From positions 1-31,131 of IMG/VR virus record IMGVR_UViG_3300023179_000347: a stretch of DNA of 31,131 bases, one strand, 5' to 3'. The stretch is from a virus (Duplodnaviria; Caudoviricetes). Under the pieces are notes generated by a model, which saw only the letters and a program-made list of their open reading frames with translations, ran no database searches and was not told the origin of the DNA. Both the position numbers and the translations under genes were made by a program. This document shows positions 8,585 to 17,251 of the stretch, piece by piece (position 1 is the stretch's first letter; each line of letters starts with the position of its first letter).

Positions 8585-8977
8585 ATGGCTAATCCAAATA
8601 TTGTTGCCGTAACGACTATTTATGGCACCACAACGTATTACACCCCATCCGGCACATCAGCTGTTGTGCTGCTTCCTAACGCTGCTTCATCCGGCAAGGT
8701 ATATAAAATTAACCAGATTGTCGCGGCCAACACGACTGGCACTGCGGCCAACGCTACGGTAAGTATTTATACCAACGGCGCTGTAGCTCAAGGCTCGGCC
8801 CCTTCTAGCGGTACTGCATACCCCGTGGTGTCGGCGGTGTCGGTTCCGGGCAACGCTTCGCTGATTTGCGTAGACAAGACGACTGCCATCTATCTTCAAG
8901 AAGGCACGTCTATCACGATTACCTCGGGCACGGCCAACGCGCTGACGTTCAGCATTAGTTACGAAGACATTTCCTAA
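8585..8977 (+). CDS. Small virion protein (fiber-associated)
   Basis: 130-aa beta-rich ORF MANPNIV...ISYEDIS; GAGG RBS; located in the fiber cluster. Confidence 0.7.
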   Translation: MANPNIVAVTTIYGTTTYYTPSGTSAVVLLPNAASSGKVYKINQIVAANTTGTAANATVSIYTNGAVAQGSAPSSGTAYPVVSAVSVPGNASLICVDKTTAIYLQEGTSITITSGTANALTFSISYEDIS

Positions 8978-8988
8978 CAGGGGCATCT

Positions 8989-10710
8989 ATGTCGATGCGT
9001 TACAAGGGCGGTTTTATCAACGCCACGGCTCCAACGGTTACGTCTAGCTCTGCTATTGGCGTGTGGACGCTTGCACAGCAACTCCAGTATCTGGCTGCTG
9101 GTACTTGGCCCGCCCCGTCTGGCCCCGCTACTGTTATTCAGGTCTTCACCTCTTCCGGCTCGTGGACTTGCCCGACTGGTGTTACCACGGTTGACTATCT
9201 GGTAGTTGCTGGTGGGGGTGCTGGCGGATATGGAAATAGTGATGTGAGTGGCGGTGGTGGTGGTGCTGGGGGCTTCCGAACTGGAACTGGCCTATCGGTT
9301 ACTGCTGGTACCACTTACACGATTACTGTTGGGGCTGGAGGGACTGCTCCCGCAAATGGAAGCACAGCTGCTCCAAATGGCTCAAATTCTGTATTCAGCA
9401 CCATTACATCTGCTGGCGGCGGCGGCGGGAACAATTTCCCTTGGGCAAATACTGCCGGAAATAACGCTGGCAGCGGCGGCTCCGGTGGAGGCGCAACTAG
9501 AACGGTTGGCACATTTGGGTCTGGTAATACTCCATCAGTAAGCCCCTCACAAGGAAATAATGGAGGCAACACTGGCTCGCCCACCAATACAGATTATGGT
9601 GGCGGCGGCGGCGGTTCGTCGGCTGTTGGTGGCAACACAAGAAGTGGCCCATTGGCCGGTTTGGGTGGCGCTGGCACAGCATCAACTATTTCTGGTTCAT
9701 CTGTAACTTACGCTGGTGGTGGTGGAGGAGGCGGCCCATTGGCTGCCACTGGCGGTGCTGGCGGGACAGGCGGCGGTGGTGCTGGAGGCTCTACTACAAC
9801 TGCGGGAACATCTGGCACTGCCAATACCGGTGGTGGCGGCGGCGGGGGTGGTGGAACTTCTAACGCTGGCTCTAGTGGCGGCTCAGGCATCGTAATCATC
9901 TCTTACGTCATCCCAATTACCAACAAAGTCGCAATCTTCTATACCTCTGGCTCGTGGACCTGCCCGACTGGTGTGACTAGTGTGGATTACCTAGTTGTCG
10001 CTGGTGGTGGTGGTGGCGGTGGAGCTGCAAATTCTGCTGGTGGAGGGGGCGGTGGTGCGGGTGGTTTTCGCGCTGGTACTGGTCTATCAGTAACTGCTGG
10101 AACCACTTATACAATTACTGTTGGAAGTGGGGGTGCTGGGTCATTTAGCACTGGTGGATTTGGTACGTCAGGGTCAAATTCAGTATTTAGCACGGTAACC
10201 TCTGCCGGAGGTGGCGGAGGTGCTGCTGAAGGATTGGTTTCGCCATATAGTGCAGCCGGAGTTTCTGGCGGCTCTGGTGGAGGTGGTTGTAGAGCTGGGG
10301 CGGGCGGTTCTGGAAATACACCATCAGTAAGCCCCGCACAAGGCAATAATGGCGGAAATGGTACTGCGTCAGGGCCGGGATTTGGTGGAGGTGGTGGTGG
10401 TGGTGCCGCCGCAGTTGGCAGCACTGGTTCTGGTTCTGCTGGTGGTAATGGTGGCAGCGGCACGGCATCAACAATTTCAGGAACCTCTGTCACATATGCT
10501 GGAGGTGGCGGAGGCTCCGTGTTTGGGGCGTCTACCCCCGGCAGCGGTGGTTCTGGAGGCGGAGGAGCTGGCGGAACTGCGGGTGGTGTAAACGGCAACA
10601 ATGGCACAATAAATACTGGTGGCGGCGGTGGCGGTGCTAGTGGAGCTGTGGGTGTAAATACCACTGGCGGCTCCGGCGGCTCCGGCATTGTAATCATCAA
10701 GTGGACCTAA
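8989..10710 (+). CDS. Glycine-rich tail fiber / receptor-binding protein with two tandem Gly-rich domains
   Basis: Two copies of SGSWTCPTGVTxVDYLVVAGGG...GGSGIVII; N-terminal G[VI]WTL...GTWP module. Confidence 0.85.
   Translation: MSMRYKGGFINATAPTVTSSSAIGVWTLAQQLQYLAAGTWPAPSGPATVIQVFTSSGSWTCPTGVTTVDYLVVAGGGAGGYGNSDVSGGGGGAGGFRTGTGLSVTAGTTYTITVGAGGTAPANGSTAAPNGSNSVFSTITSAGGGGGNNFPWANTAGNNAGSGGSGGGATRTVGTFGSGNTPSVSPSQGNNGGNTGSPTNTDYGGGGGGSSAVGGNTRSGPLAGLGGAGTASTISGSSVTYAGGGGGGGPLAATGGAGGTGGGGAGGSTTTAGTSGTANTGGGGGGGGGTSNAGSSGGSGIVIISYVIPITNKVAIFYTSGSWTCPTGVTSVDYLVVAGGGGGGGAANSAGGGGGGAGGFRAGTGLSVTAGTTYTITVGSGGAGSFSTGGFGTSGSNSVFSTVTSAGGGGGAAEGLVSPYSAAGVSGGSGGGGCRAGAGGSGNTPSVSPAQGNNGGNGTASGPGFGGGGGGGAAAVGSTGSGSAGGNGGSGTASTISGTSVTYAGGGGGSVFGASTPGSGGSGGGGAGGTAGGVNGNNGTINTGGGGGGASGAVGVNTTGGSGGSGIVIIKWT
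9139..10700 (+). repeat. Intragenic tandem duplication of a ~255-codon Gly-rich domain (copies at about 9139-9900 and 9928-10700)
   Basis: DNA-level similarity between copies, e.g. GGCTCGTGGACxTGCCCGACTGGTGT and CCATCAGTAAGCCCCxCACAAGGxAATAATGG in both. Confidence 0.9.
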
Positions 10711-10712
10711 TA

Positions 10713-10961
10713 ATGGAAACTAAGATTTACCTGATGTATGGGATTGACACGGCAATGCACCTGCTTCGTCCGGGTGCTAAGTGGGAAATCTCCAACACCA
10801 TGATTACCCGTTGGGAAGACCCGCGCCCGTGTCCTACTTGGGAAGAACTCATGGACACGATGGAGAAGATTAAGGCATTTGAAGATTCCATCAACACCAT
10901 CCTGTTGCCGGAGCAGATTGAACAAATCACCGGCTTTAAGAAGATGATTGAGGCCGCATGA
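10713..10961 (+). CDS. Small fiber-associated protein (XkdW / fiber-chaperone-like)
   Basis: LRPGAKWEI...WEDPRPCPTWEE motif. ATG at 10713, right after the fiber stop, is preferred over the GTG at 10701. Confidence 0.6.
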   Translation: METKIYLMYGIDTAMHLLRPGAKWEISNTMITRWEDPRPCPTWEELMDTMEKIKAFEDSINTILLPEQIEQITGFKKMIEAA

Positions 10962-11542
10962 GGATTGAAACCCTTTTCCCCACGCCTGTAGGGTTTTGGA
11001 ATCTTGTTCTGAACAAGGACGAGATTGACTTTGTTCGTAGTCTTGAACAACGCCCTAACGAGGGAAATACAACAAGTAAGAATAATTATTTGTTGCGTGA
11101 GCCGGAAATGGAGCGGTTGAGTTTGTTTGTTGATAGCTGCCTCGATGAGTACATGAAGGCAACCTACGCGCCTAAGTACGATGTAAAGCCCTATATCACG
11201 CAGTCATGGGCCAACTATACGAAGGCTGGTCAGTATCACCACAAGCACGCACACCCCAATAGCTTCATCTCTGGCTGCGTGTATATCGCTGCCAAGGGCG
11301 ACAAGATTTATTTTTACCGTGATGGGTACCAGCAAATCAAACTGCCAACAGAAAACTGGAACCCATATAACAGTGAGTCTTGGTGGTATGAAGTTAACGA
11401 AGGCGATGTGATTTTATTCCCATCAAGTCTTACACACATGGTTCAAACGGTAGACGGAGAAGAGCGCATCAGCATTGCGTTCAATAGTTTCTTGAAAGGC
11501 ACCATTGGTAGTGCTGATGAATTGACTGAACTGGAGATTTAA
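10958..11542 (+). CDS. 2OG-Fe(II) oxygenase-like protein (TIGR02466-type)
   Basis: LFPTPV N-terminus, SWAN...HxH (HAHPNS), GDVILFPSSLTH and RISIAFN motifs. Confidence 0.85.
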   Translation: MRIETLFPTPVGFWNLVLNKDEIDFVRSLEQRPNEGNTTSKNNYLLREPEMERLSLFVDSCLDEYMKATYAPKYDVKPYITQSWANYTKAGQYHHKHAHPNSFISGCVYIAAKGDKIYFYRDGYQQIKLPTENWNPYNSESWWYEVNEGDVILFPSSLTHMVQTVDGEERISIAFNSFLKGTIGSADELTELEI

Positions 11543-11543
11543 G

Positions 11544-11906
11544 ATGGCACATTTTGCCGAACTCGATGCTAACAATGTCGTACTGCGAGTCATCGTGGTC
11601 GGCAATAAAGATACCGCTGATGCCAATGGTGTAGAGAAAGAATACATTGGTGCTGCTTTTTGCGAGCGCCTGTTTGGCGGCACTTGGAAGCAAACCTCCT
11701 ACAACGGCAACATTCGCAAGAACTACGCTGGTATTGGTTACACCTACCGCGAGGACATCGACGCCTTTGTTCCGCCGCAGCCTTTTGCCTCTTGGGTGTT
11801 GAACGATAAGGCACAGTGGGAAGCGCCGGTGGCTATGCCTACTGATGACAAGCGTTACTCGTGGGATGAAACCCAACAAAATTGGATTGAGGTAACAAAT
11901 GTCTAA
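11544..11906 (+). CDS. Conserved fiber-associated phage protein
   Basis: MAHFAELD...WKQTSYNGNIRKNYAGIGYTY...DAFVPPQPFASW, a type commonly found after Gly-rich fibers. Confidence 0.75.
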   Translation: MAHFAELDANNVVLRVIVVGNKDTADANGVEKEYIGAAFCERLFGGTWKQTSYNGNIRKNYAGIGYTYREDIDAFVPPQPFASWVLNDKAQWEAPVAMPTDDKRYSWDETQQNWIEVTNV

Positions 11907-13995
11907 ACGCTATCCCGGTGGGCTGATTACTAAGACTCCGGTAACGCCGACCACTGCGTCTGCCCCGGGAATCTGGACGCTCGACCAAGCCCTCCAGTAC
12001 ATCAAAGCGGGAACGTGGCCTATTGTGGGCGGCACTGACCCCTACTTCCCCTACGTCACCATGCTGCTTCACGGCGATGGGACTAATGGTGCCCAGAACA
12101 ATACGTTCCTAGACTCCTCGACCAACAACTTTACGATTACGCGGAATGGCAATACCACTCAGGGTTCGTTCTCGCCCTATGGTAGCAATTGGTCGAACTA
12201 CTTTGGCGGTGTTTCTGGCAATTATTTGGCTCCGCAGTCCGCTACTAGTTCTGTTGCGTTTGGAACCGGCAACTTCACTTTTGAGTGTTGGCTTAATGCA
12301 GATTCAACGTCAGGCAACAATTTTGTCTTGGATGCTCGGTCATCTAGCAGTCAAAACAATCTGTGTTTCTTGATTCAAAGCGGTTCTTGGTTATGGCAGT
12401 ACGCCGGAACCAACATCATCTCAACAGCATCGGGGATGATTACTGTTGGGACTTGGAACCACGTTGCATTTGTCCGCAATAGCGGAACTTTGTCGCTGTA
12501 TGTCAATGGGTCTTTAATCACCAGCGTTTCTGACAGCACGAACTATGCTGCGGCAGCGGCTGCTGGTCGCCCCGGAATCGCGGGTGGTGGGTTCAACACC
12601 ACAGAAATCTTTAAGGGCTACATCAGCAATCTTCGTATTGTCGTCGGCACTGCTGTCTACACCTCGGCCTTCACCCCCAGCACCACCCCACTCACCGCCA
12701 TCTCCGGCACCTCGCTGCTGACCTGCCAGTCCAACCGCTTCATCGACAACAGCAGCAACGCCTTTGCCATCACGGTCAACGGCACCCCGTCCGTACAACG
12801 CTTCTGTCCGTTCTCTCCGACTGCTGCTTACTCTACTTCCGTAATTGGTGGTAGTGGGTACTTTGATGGGAGTGGGGATTCTTTAAGTAGTGCCACTACG
12901 CTTCTTCCTGCATTAACAACAAACACATTTACCATTGAAGGTTGGGTGTACCCAACTTCTTTCTCCGCCCTAAATTATATTATTGGGGATATGCAAACTA
13001 ACGCAAGTACAAGTAATGCACTTGCAGTTAGGTTGGAAACAACAGGTGCTGTGACTCTTTATTGGTTTGATGGTGCAATTAAAACTTGTACTGGCAACAG
13101 TACAATGATTAAAAACCAATGGAACTATTTTGCCGTTGTTGTAAATGCAAATGCCATTTCTATATACGTCAACAAAACCACCGCCGACACACTAACCGGC
13201 ACGACGACACTAACAAATAGAACAGTAAGCGTTGGGTTGGGCGTTGGTTCTTATTATAATAATAATTCTCCAGCATACTATTTTAATGGCTGGCTTGGGG
13301 ATTTGCGGGTATCTACTACCAATAGAACAATATCAACCATCCCCACAGCACCATTTGCAAATGATGCAAACACACGCTGGCTAATTCAAGGCACCAACGG
13401 CGGCATCTTTGACAACGCGATGATGAACGACTTGGAGACGGTTGGTAACGCTCAGATTTCTACTAGCGTGTTCAAGTTTGGTACTGGGTCGCTGTCGTTT
13501 GATGGGACGGGGGATTGGCTGACCGCACCAAACAGCAAGGGTCTTTACATCGGCTCTGGTGACTTCACCATTGAAGGTTGGCTATATCTGAATGCTCTTG
13601 GTTCAACCAAAGGCATTGTGTCGCAGTTCAACTCTGGTGGCTCTGGCCCCGGTTGGACGCTATACACAAAAACCACTAACGTACTTGAGTTTTATGGCGG
13701 CAGTGGCACTGTCACAGTGACTGGAACTACGGCAATCTCGGCAACCACATGGACGCATTTTGCGGTTGTTCGTAGTGGCTCCACAATTACGATTTACATC
13801 AACGGTACGGCGGGTGGTACGGCAACAAACTCATCGTTTAGCGATGACACAACCGCGCTTGTCTACGTTGGTGGCCGCGCTGACAACTCCGCTCTTTCAC
13901 TTAACGGCTACATCGACGACCTCCGCATCACCAAGGGCTATGCCCGATACACCTCTAACTTCACTCCGCCGACGGCGGCGTTCCCGAATCAATAA
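11899..13995 (+). CDS. Receptor-binding protein with three LamG / concanavalin A-like domains
   Basis: Three repeats of FT[FI]ExW...WxH/YxAxV...xYxN...G[YW][IL]xxLR[IV]; N-terminal module shared with 8989..10710. Confidence 0.88.
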   Translation: MSKRYPGGLITKTPVTPTTASAPGIWTLDQALQYIKAGTWPIVGGTDPYFPYVTMLLHGDGTNGAQNNTFLDSSTNNFTITRNGNTTQGSFSPYGSNWSNYFGGVSGNYLAPQSATSSVAFGTGNFTFECWLNADSTSGNNFVLDARSSSSQNNLCFLIQSGSWLWQYAGTNIISTASGMITVGTWNHVAFVRNSGTLSLYVNGSLITSVSDSTNYAAAAAAGRPGIAGGGFNTTEIFKGYISNLRIVVGTAVYTSAFTPSTTPLTAISGTSLLTCQSNRFIDNSSNAFAITVNGTPSVQRFCPFSPTAAYSTSVIGGSGYFDGSGDSLSSATTLLPALTTNTFTIEGWVYPTSFSALNYIIGDMQTNASTSNALAVRLETTGAVTLYWFDGAIKTCTGNSTMIKNQWNYFAVVVNANAISIYVNKTTADTLTGTTTLTNRTVSVGLGVGSYYNNNSPAYYFNGWLGDLRVSTTNRTISTIPTAPFANDANTRWLIQGTNGGIFDNAMMNDLETVGNAQISTSVFKFGTGSLSFDGTGDWLTAPNSKGLYIGSGDFTIEGWLYLNALGSTKGIVSQFNSGGSGPGWTLYTKTTNVLEFYGGSGTVTVTGTTAISATTWTHFAVVRSGSTITIYINGTAGGTATNSSFSDDTTALVYVGGRADNSALSLNGYIDDLRITKGYARYTSNFTPPTAAFPNQ

Positions 13996-14004
13996 GGACT
14001 GACC

Positions 14005-14295
14005 ATGCTCTACTCAAAACTTGGTTCTATTCCGAAACCTGAGACTGATGGCACTGAAGGTTGGATTGAAGTACCGGAAGCGCCAGAAGCTCCTGAAGGC
14101 AAGGAGGTGGTCTGGTGGTATCCCCCGGGCTGGGTGGTGCGTGACCCCAAGCCGGAAGGTGATTGGAACTGGAGCCAGTCTGAAGAGCGATGGATAGAGG
14201 CTGTTGTTGCTACTGTTGAAGATACGGTTATTGATATGCCTAGTGCCAATGATTCTATTAACGTCGGTACGGCATCCCCAACAATCATTGTCTAA
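14005..14295 (+). CDS. Small acidic Trp/Pro-rich fiber-associated protein
   Basis: AAGGA RBS; 96 aa; TAATG coupling to the lysozyme gene. Confidence 0.7.
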   Translation: MLYSKLGSIPKPETDGTEGWIEVPEAPEAPEGKEVVWWYPPGWVVRDPKPEGDWNWSQSEERWIEAVVATVEDTVIDMPSANDSINVGTASPTIIV

Positions 14296-14750
14296 TGAAT
14301 CGTTTAAATCCCACTATCCTTGCTCTTAGCGCTTCGGCGCTGGTGGGTATTGCATTACACGAAGGATACAGTCCGGTTGCCTATGAGCCTGTAAAGGGCG
14401 ATGTACCTACAATTGGTTTTGGTACAACAGAAGGTGTTAAACACGGAGATACCATAACTCCAGAACGCGCTCTGACCCGCCTTTTAAATGATGCTAACAA
14501 GTTCCAAACCGCCGTCAAGACCTGTGCACCTGTACCAATGTTTCAATATGAGTTTGATGCGTATGTTTCGTTGACTTACAATATTGGCGCAAAGAACTTT
14601 TGCGGTTCTACGCTAGCAAAAAAACTCAAAGCCGGTGATTATGCCGGGGCGTGTAAAGAAATTCTTCGCTGGGATAGGTTTAAAGGCAAGCCCCTTGCAG
14701 GATTAACAAAACGCAGGCAAAAGGAGTATGAACAATGCTTGGGTTCTTGA
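14295..14750 (+). CDS. Endolysin, GH24 lysozyme, probable SAR type
   Basis: HEG...GDVPTIGFG, FDAYVSLTYNIG and GLTKRRQKE motifs. An Ala/Ser/Leu-rich N-terminal segment directly precedes the catalytic Glu. Confidence 0.92.
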   Translation: MNRLNPTILALSASALVGIALHEGYSPVAYEPVKGDVPTIGFGTTEGVKHGDTITPERALTRLLNDANKFQTAVKTCAPVPMFQYEFDAYVSLTYNIGAKNFCGSTLAKKLKAGDYAGACKEILRWDRFKGKPLAGLTKRRQKEYEQCLGS

Positions 14751-15205
14751 TGAATCGTTGGGTATTGGGCGGATTGGCCGGGCTTGTTATGCTCGGTTTT
14801 GTCTATTTTAAGGGCGTCAACCACGGCAAAGAAGTTGTTCAACAGAAGTGGGATGCGTATAAAGTAGCGCAAGAACGCGAAGTTCAAATACTCAAAGACC
14901 AAGCCCGCGAAACAGAACAAATCCTACAAAAAGAAATAAACAAGATTCAGAAGGAAAAAGTTAATGCAAATCAAATTGCTACTACTCGGTACAACGCTCT
15001 CATTAACAGCCTGCGCAAGCGCCCCGAAGCCCGTCAAGACCCAGTGTCCAACGATTCCGGAAGTGGTGTGGGATGTACGGGTGCGGGATTGGCAAGGGGA
15101 GATGCAGAATTTCTTGCTGGGTACGCTGCCGACGCAGCCCGGCTTCAAGCTGCCTATGACTCCTGTCGAGAAGCCTACGAAGTAATACATCATGCCACTC
15201 GGTAA
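14735..15205 (+). CDS. Rz: Inner-membrane spanin (Rz-like)
   Basis: AAGGAG RBS at 14721-14726; N-terminal TM helix, coiled coil and two Cys; follows the endolysin and hosts an embedded lipoprotein ORF. Confidence 0.88.
   Translation: MLGFLMNRWVLGGLAGLVMLGFVYFKGVNHGKEVVQQKWDAYKVAQEREVQILKDQARETEQILQKEINKIQKEKVNANQIATTRYNALINSLRKRPEARQDPVSNDSGSGVGCTGAGLARGDAEFLAGYAADAARLQAAYDSCREAYEVIHHATR
14964..15185 (+). CDS. Rz1: Outer-membrane lipoprotein spanin (Rz1-like), embedded in Rz in the +1 frame
   Basis: Signal peptide with lipobox LTA/C (MQIKLLLLGTTLSLTAC), Pro-rich mature part, AAGGA upstream. Confidence 0.88.
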   Translation: MQIKLLLLGTTLSLTACASAPKPVKTQCPTIPEVVWDVRVRDWQGEMQNFLLGTLPTQPGFKLPMTPVEKPTK

Positions 15206-15671
15206 ACTCGTATTTAAACCCGGCATTAACCGGGACCAAACAAATTACGCTTCCGAGGGTGGTTGGTATGAGTGCGACAAAATTCGGTTTCGTTCTGGAT
15301 TCCCTGAAAAGATTGGTGGTTGGCTTCAATACAATACGACAAGACTAATTGGCGTTTGTCGTTCTTTGTTTTGCTGGATTACAACAGATGGCAATAATCT
15401 TTTAAGCGCCGCAACAAACAAAAAAGTTTATGTGGAGTCCGGAACTCTTGGTTTTGATATTACCCCAGTTAGAATGATATATACCAACCTTGGTATAACT
15501 GGACTTTCGGCAACGGCATCTGTTGGAACTGTAAACGCAGTAATAGGAAACCCTGTTACTGGGGTATCTGCAAATACTTTTGTTGGTAATGAAACTGTTT
15601 ACACGCCATCTACTGTAAATGGAAATTCCGTAACCAGTTATTTGGGTGTGGTTGGAGTGAGAATAACATGA
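15192..15671 (+). CDS. Tail nozzle / packaged-DNA stabilization-like protein, N-terminal part
   Basis: MPLGKLVFKPGINRD...EGGWYECDKIRFRSGFPEKIGGW...DITP is the typical N-terminus of this podovirus tail protein (recalled from homologs). Confidence 0.6.
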   Translation: MPLGKLVFKPGINRDQTNYASEGGWYECDKIRFRSGFPEKIGGWLQYNTTRLIGVCRSLFCWITTDGNNLLSAATNKKVYVESGTLGFDITPVRMIYTNLGITGLSATASVGTVNAVIGNPVTGVSANTFVGNETVYTPSTVNGNSVTSYLGVVGVRIT

Positions 15672-17251
15672 GCATTCTTCAAACCACAATTGGCTCAAAA
15701 GTGGTTACCGTTAACATTCCAAATAATGGAGCGTTAGACGGTGACTATGTTTTATTTTCTGACATTAATACAACTGTTGGTGGTATTCCTTTATCTGAAT
15801 TAAATACCAATCATCTTATTTCAAATGCTTTAGTCAACTCATTTACTATTAGTGTTGAAACTGCCGCTACGTCTACGGCATCTTATGATGGCCCAATAAC
15901 AGCAACATTTGATATTCATTCCGGTAATGAAATTGGCTCATTCGGTTATGGTTGGGGTGCTGGTCCTTGGAGCAGAGGCGCTTGGGGCAGTGGATGGTCT
16001 ATTCCAATTTACCAACCGCCAAGACTTTATACACAAGACCGATTTAATGATGATTTGATTTTCTGCATAAGAAATGCAGACATTTATTACTGGGCTTACG
16101 ACAATACATTTTCAACCCGCGCGGTCCTTATGTCTTCATTGAGTGGCGCAGCGGACGTCCCACAACTTGTTGGCAGCATTTTAATGTCGCAACAAGATAG
16201 ACACTTGATGGCATTTGGATGTACTGCATACGGCAGTAGTGTTTATGACCCGCTATTGATTAGGTGGGCAAGTCAGGATGCGCCTGAGTTTTGGACGCCG
16301 GGAACTGTGACGGTTCCGTCTACCGGACGACTTAGTTCTGCCGGATTCTTTAGATTGACCAATGGCTCTGAAATCATTGCAACAGAACGCACCCGCCAAG
16401 AAATTCTTGTATTTACAGATTCAAGTCTGTATTCAATTCAATATGCCGGAACCGATGCTGTGTTTACAACGCCACAGCAGATGTCTGATAACACATCCAT
16501 TATTTCTCCGGGCGCATCCACTACTGTAAATAACGTTACATATTGGATGGGTATTGATAAATTCTATGCATATAACGGTCGTGTAGAAACTCTTCCGTGT
16601 ACATTGCGTCAATACATATTCCAAGATATTAATCGTGCAGCATCCGACCAAATTGTTTGTGGAACAAACGAACAATTTAATGAAGTCATTTGGTTTTATG
16701 CATCAGAAGATTCTAACGAAGTAAATCGTTACGTTATTTATAACTATTTAGAACAACTTTGGTACTACGGCAGTCTTGTAAGAACTGCTTGGTTGGATTC
16801 TCCTTTGCGTGAATATCCTCAAGCAGCCTCCACCAATGGTTTTCTTTATGACCATGAAAGAGGCACAAATGATGACCTGCTGCCAATGACTTCATATATT
16901 TCGTCTGGTGATATTGACATTCAAGATGGCGACCAGTTTATGTTGATTCGCCGCATCATTCCTGACGTTAATTTCACCGGCACAAATTCAAACACAGCAA
17001 CTGTAAAAATGACTATTAGTCCCAGAAACTTTCCGGGGGCTGCGTATCAAACAAACAATGCAGAAAATACTGGCCTGACAAAAAATGTTGATTTGTCAAC
17101 TACGGTTCCTATTGACCAATATACAAATCAAGTATTTATTAGAGCCAGAGGCAGGCAGATTCGTTACAAAATTGCTTCGGATGAACTTGACGTTCAGTGG
17201 CAACTTGGCATTCCACGCGTTGATGCAAGACCTGATGGCCGGAGGGGATAA
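15668..17251 (+). CDS. Tail nozzle / packaged-DNA stabilization-like protein (P22 gp10 / T7 gp12 analogue), main part
   Basis: Beta-propeller-like motifs DPLLIRWASQ, YWMGIDKFYAYNG, EVIWFY, RTAWLD, RARGRQ and PDGRR; ATGA overlap and GGAG RBS. Confidence 0.7.
   Translation: MSILQTTIGSKVVTVNIPNNGALDGDYVLFSDINTTVGGIPLSELNTNHLISNALVNSFTISVETAATSTASYDGPITATFDIHSGNEIGSFGYGWGAGPWSRGAWGSGWSIPIYQPPRLYTQDRFNDDLIFCIRNADIYYWAYDNTFSTRAVLMSSLSGAADVPQLVGSILMSQQDRHLMAFGCTAYGSSVYDPLLIRWASQDAPEFWTPGTVTVPSTGRLSSAGFFRLTNGSEIIATERTRQEILVFTDSSLYSIQYAGTDAVFTTPQQMSDNTSIISPGASTTVNNVTYWMGIDKFYAYNGRVETLPCTLRQYIFQDINRAASDQIVCGTNEQFNEVIWFYASEDSNEVNRYVIYNYLEQLWYYGSLVRTAWLDSPLREYPQAASTNGFLYDHERGTNDDLLPMTSYISSGDIDIQDGDQFMLIRRIIPDVNFTGTNSNTATVKMTISPRNFPGAAYQTNNAENTGLTKNVDLSTTVPIDQYTNQVFIRARGRQIRYKIASDELDVQWQLGIPRVDARPDGRRG

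Noticed and set aside
9315-10700. Pro-rich minus-strand ORFs (9315..9587, 9708..9899, 10107..10700)
   Set aside because: They are antisense shadows of the GGN-rich codons of the Gly-rich fiber gene, with no independent signals.
9139-10700. Duplicated segments as a DGR template/variable repeat pair
   Set aside because: Both copies are coding and in one frame, the differences are not adenine-specific, and no reverse transcriptase is present in the window.
8989-10710. YAGGG, RYKGG and similar strings as further copies of the xxGG tag; also a possible collagen repeat
   Set aside because: GG is expected by chance in a poly-Gly protein, so these were excluded from the count. There is no Gly-X-Y periodicity.
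15640-15680. Programmed ribosomal frameshift joining the two nozzle ORFs
   Set aside because: No slippery heptamer is seen. The RBS plus ATGA overlap favours reinitiation.
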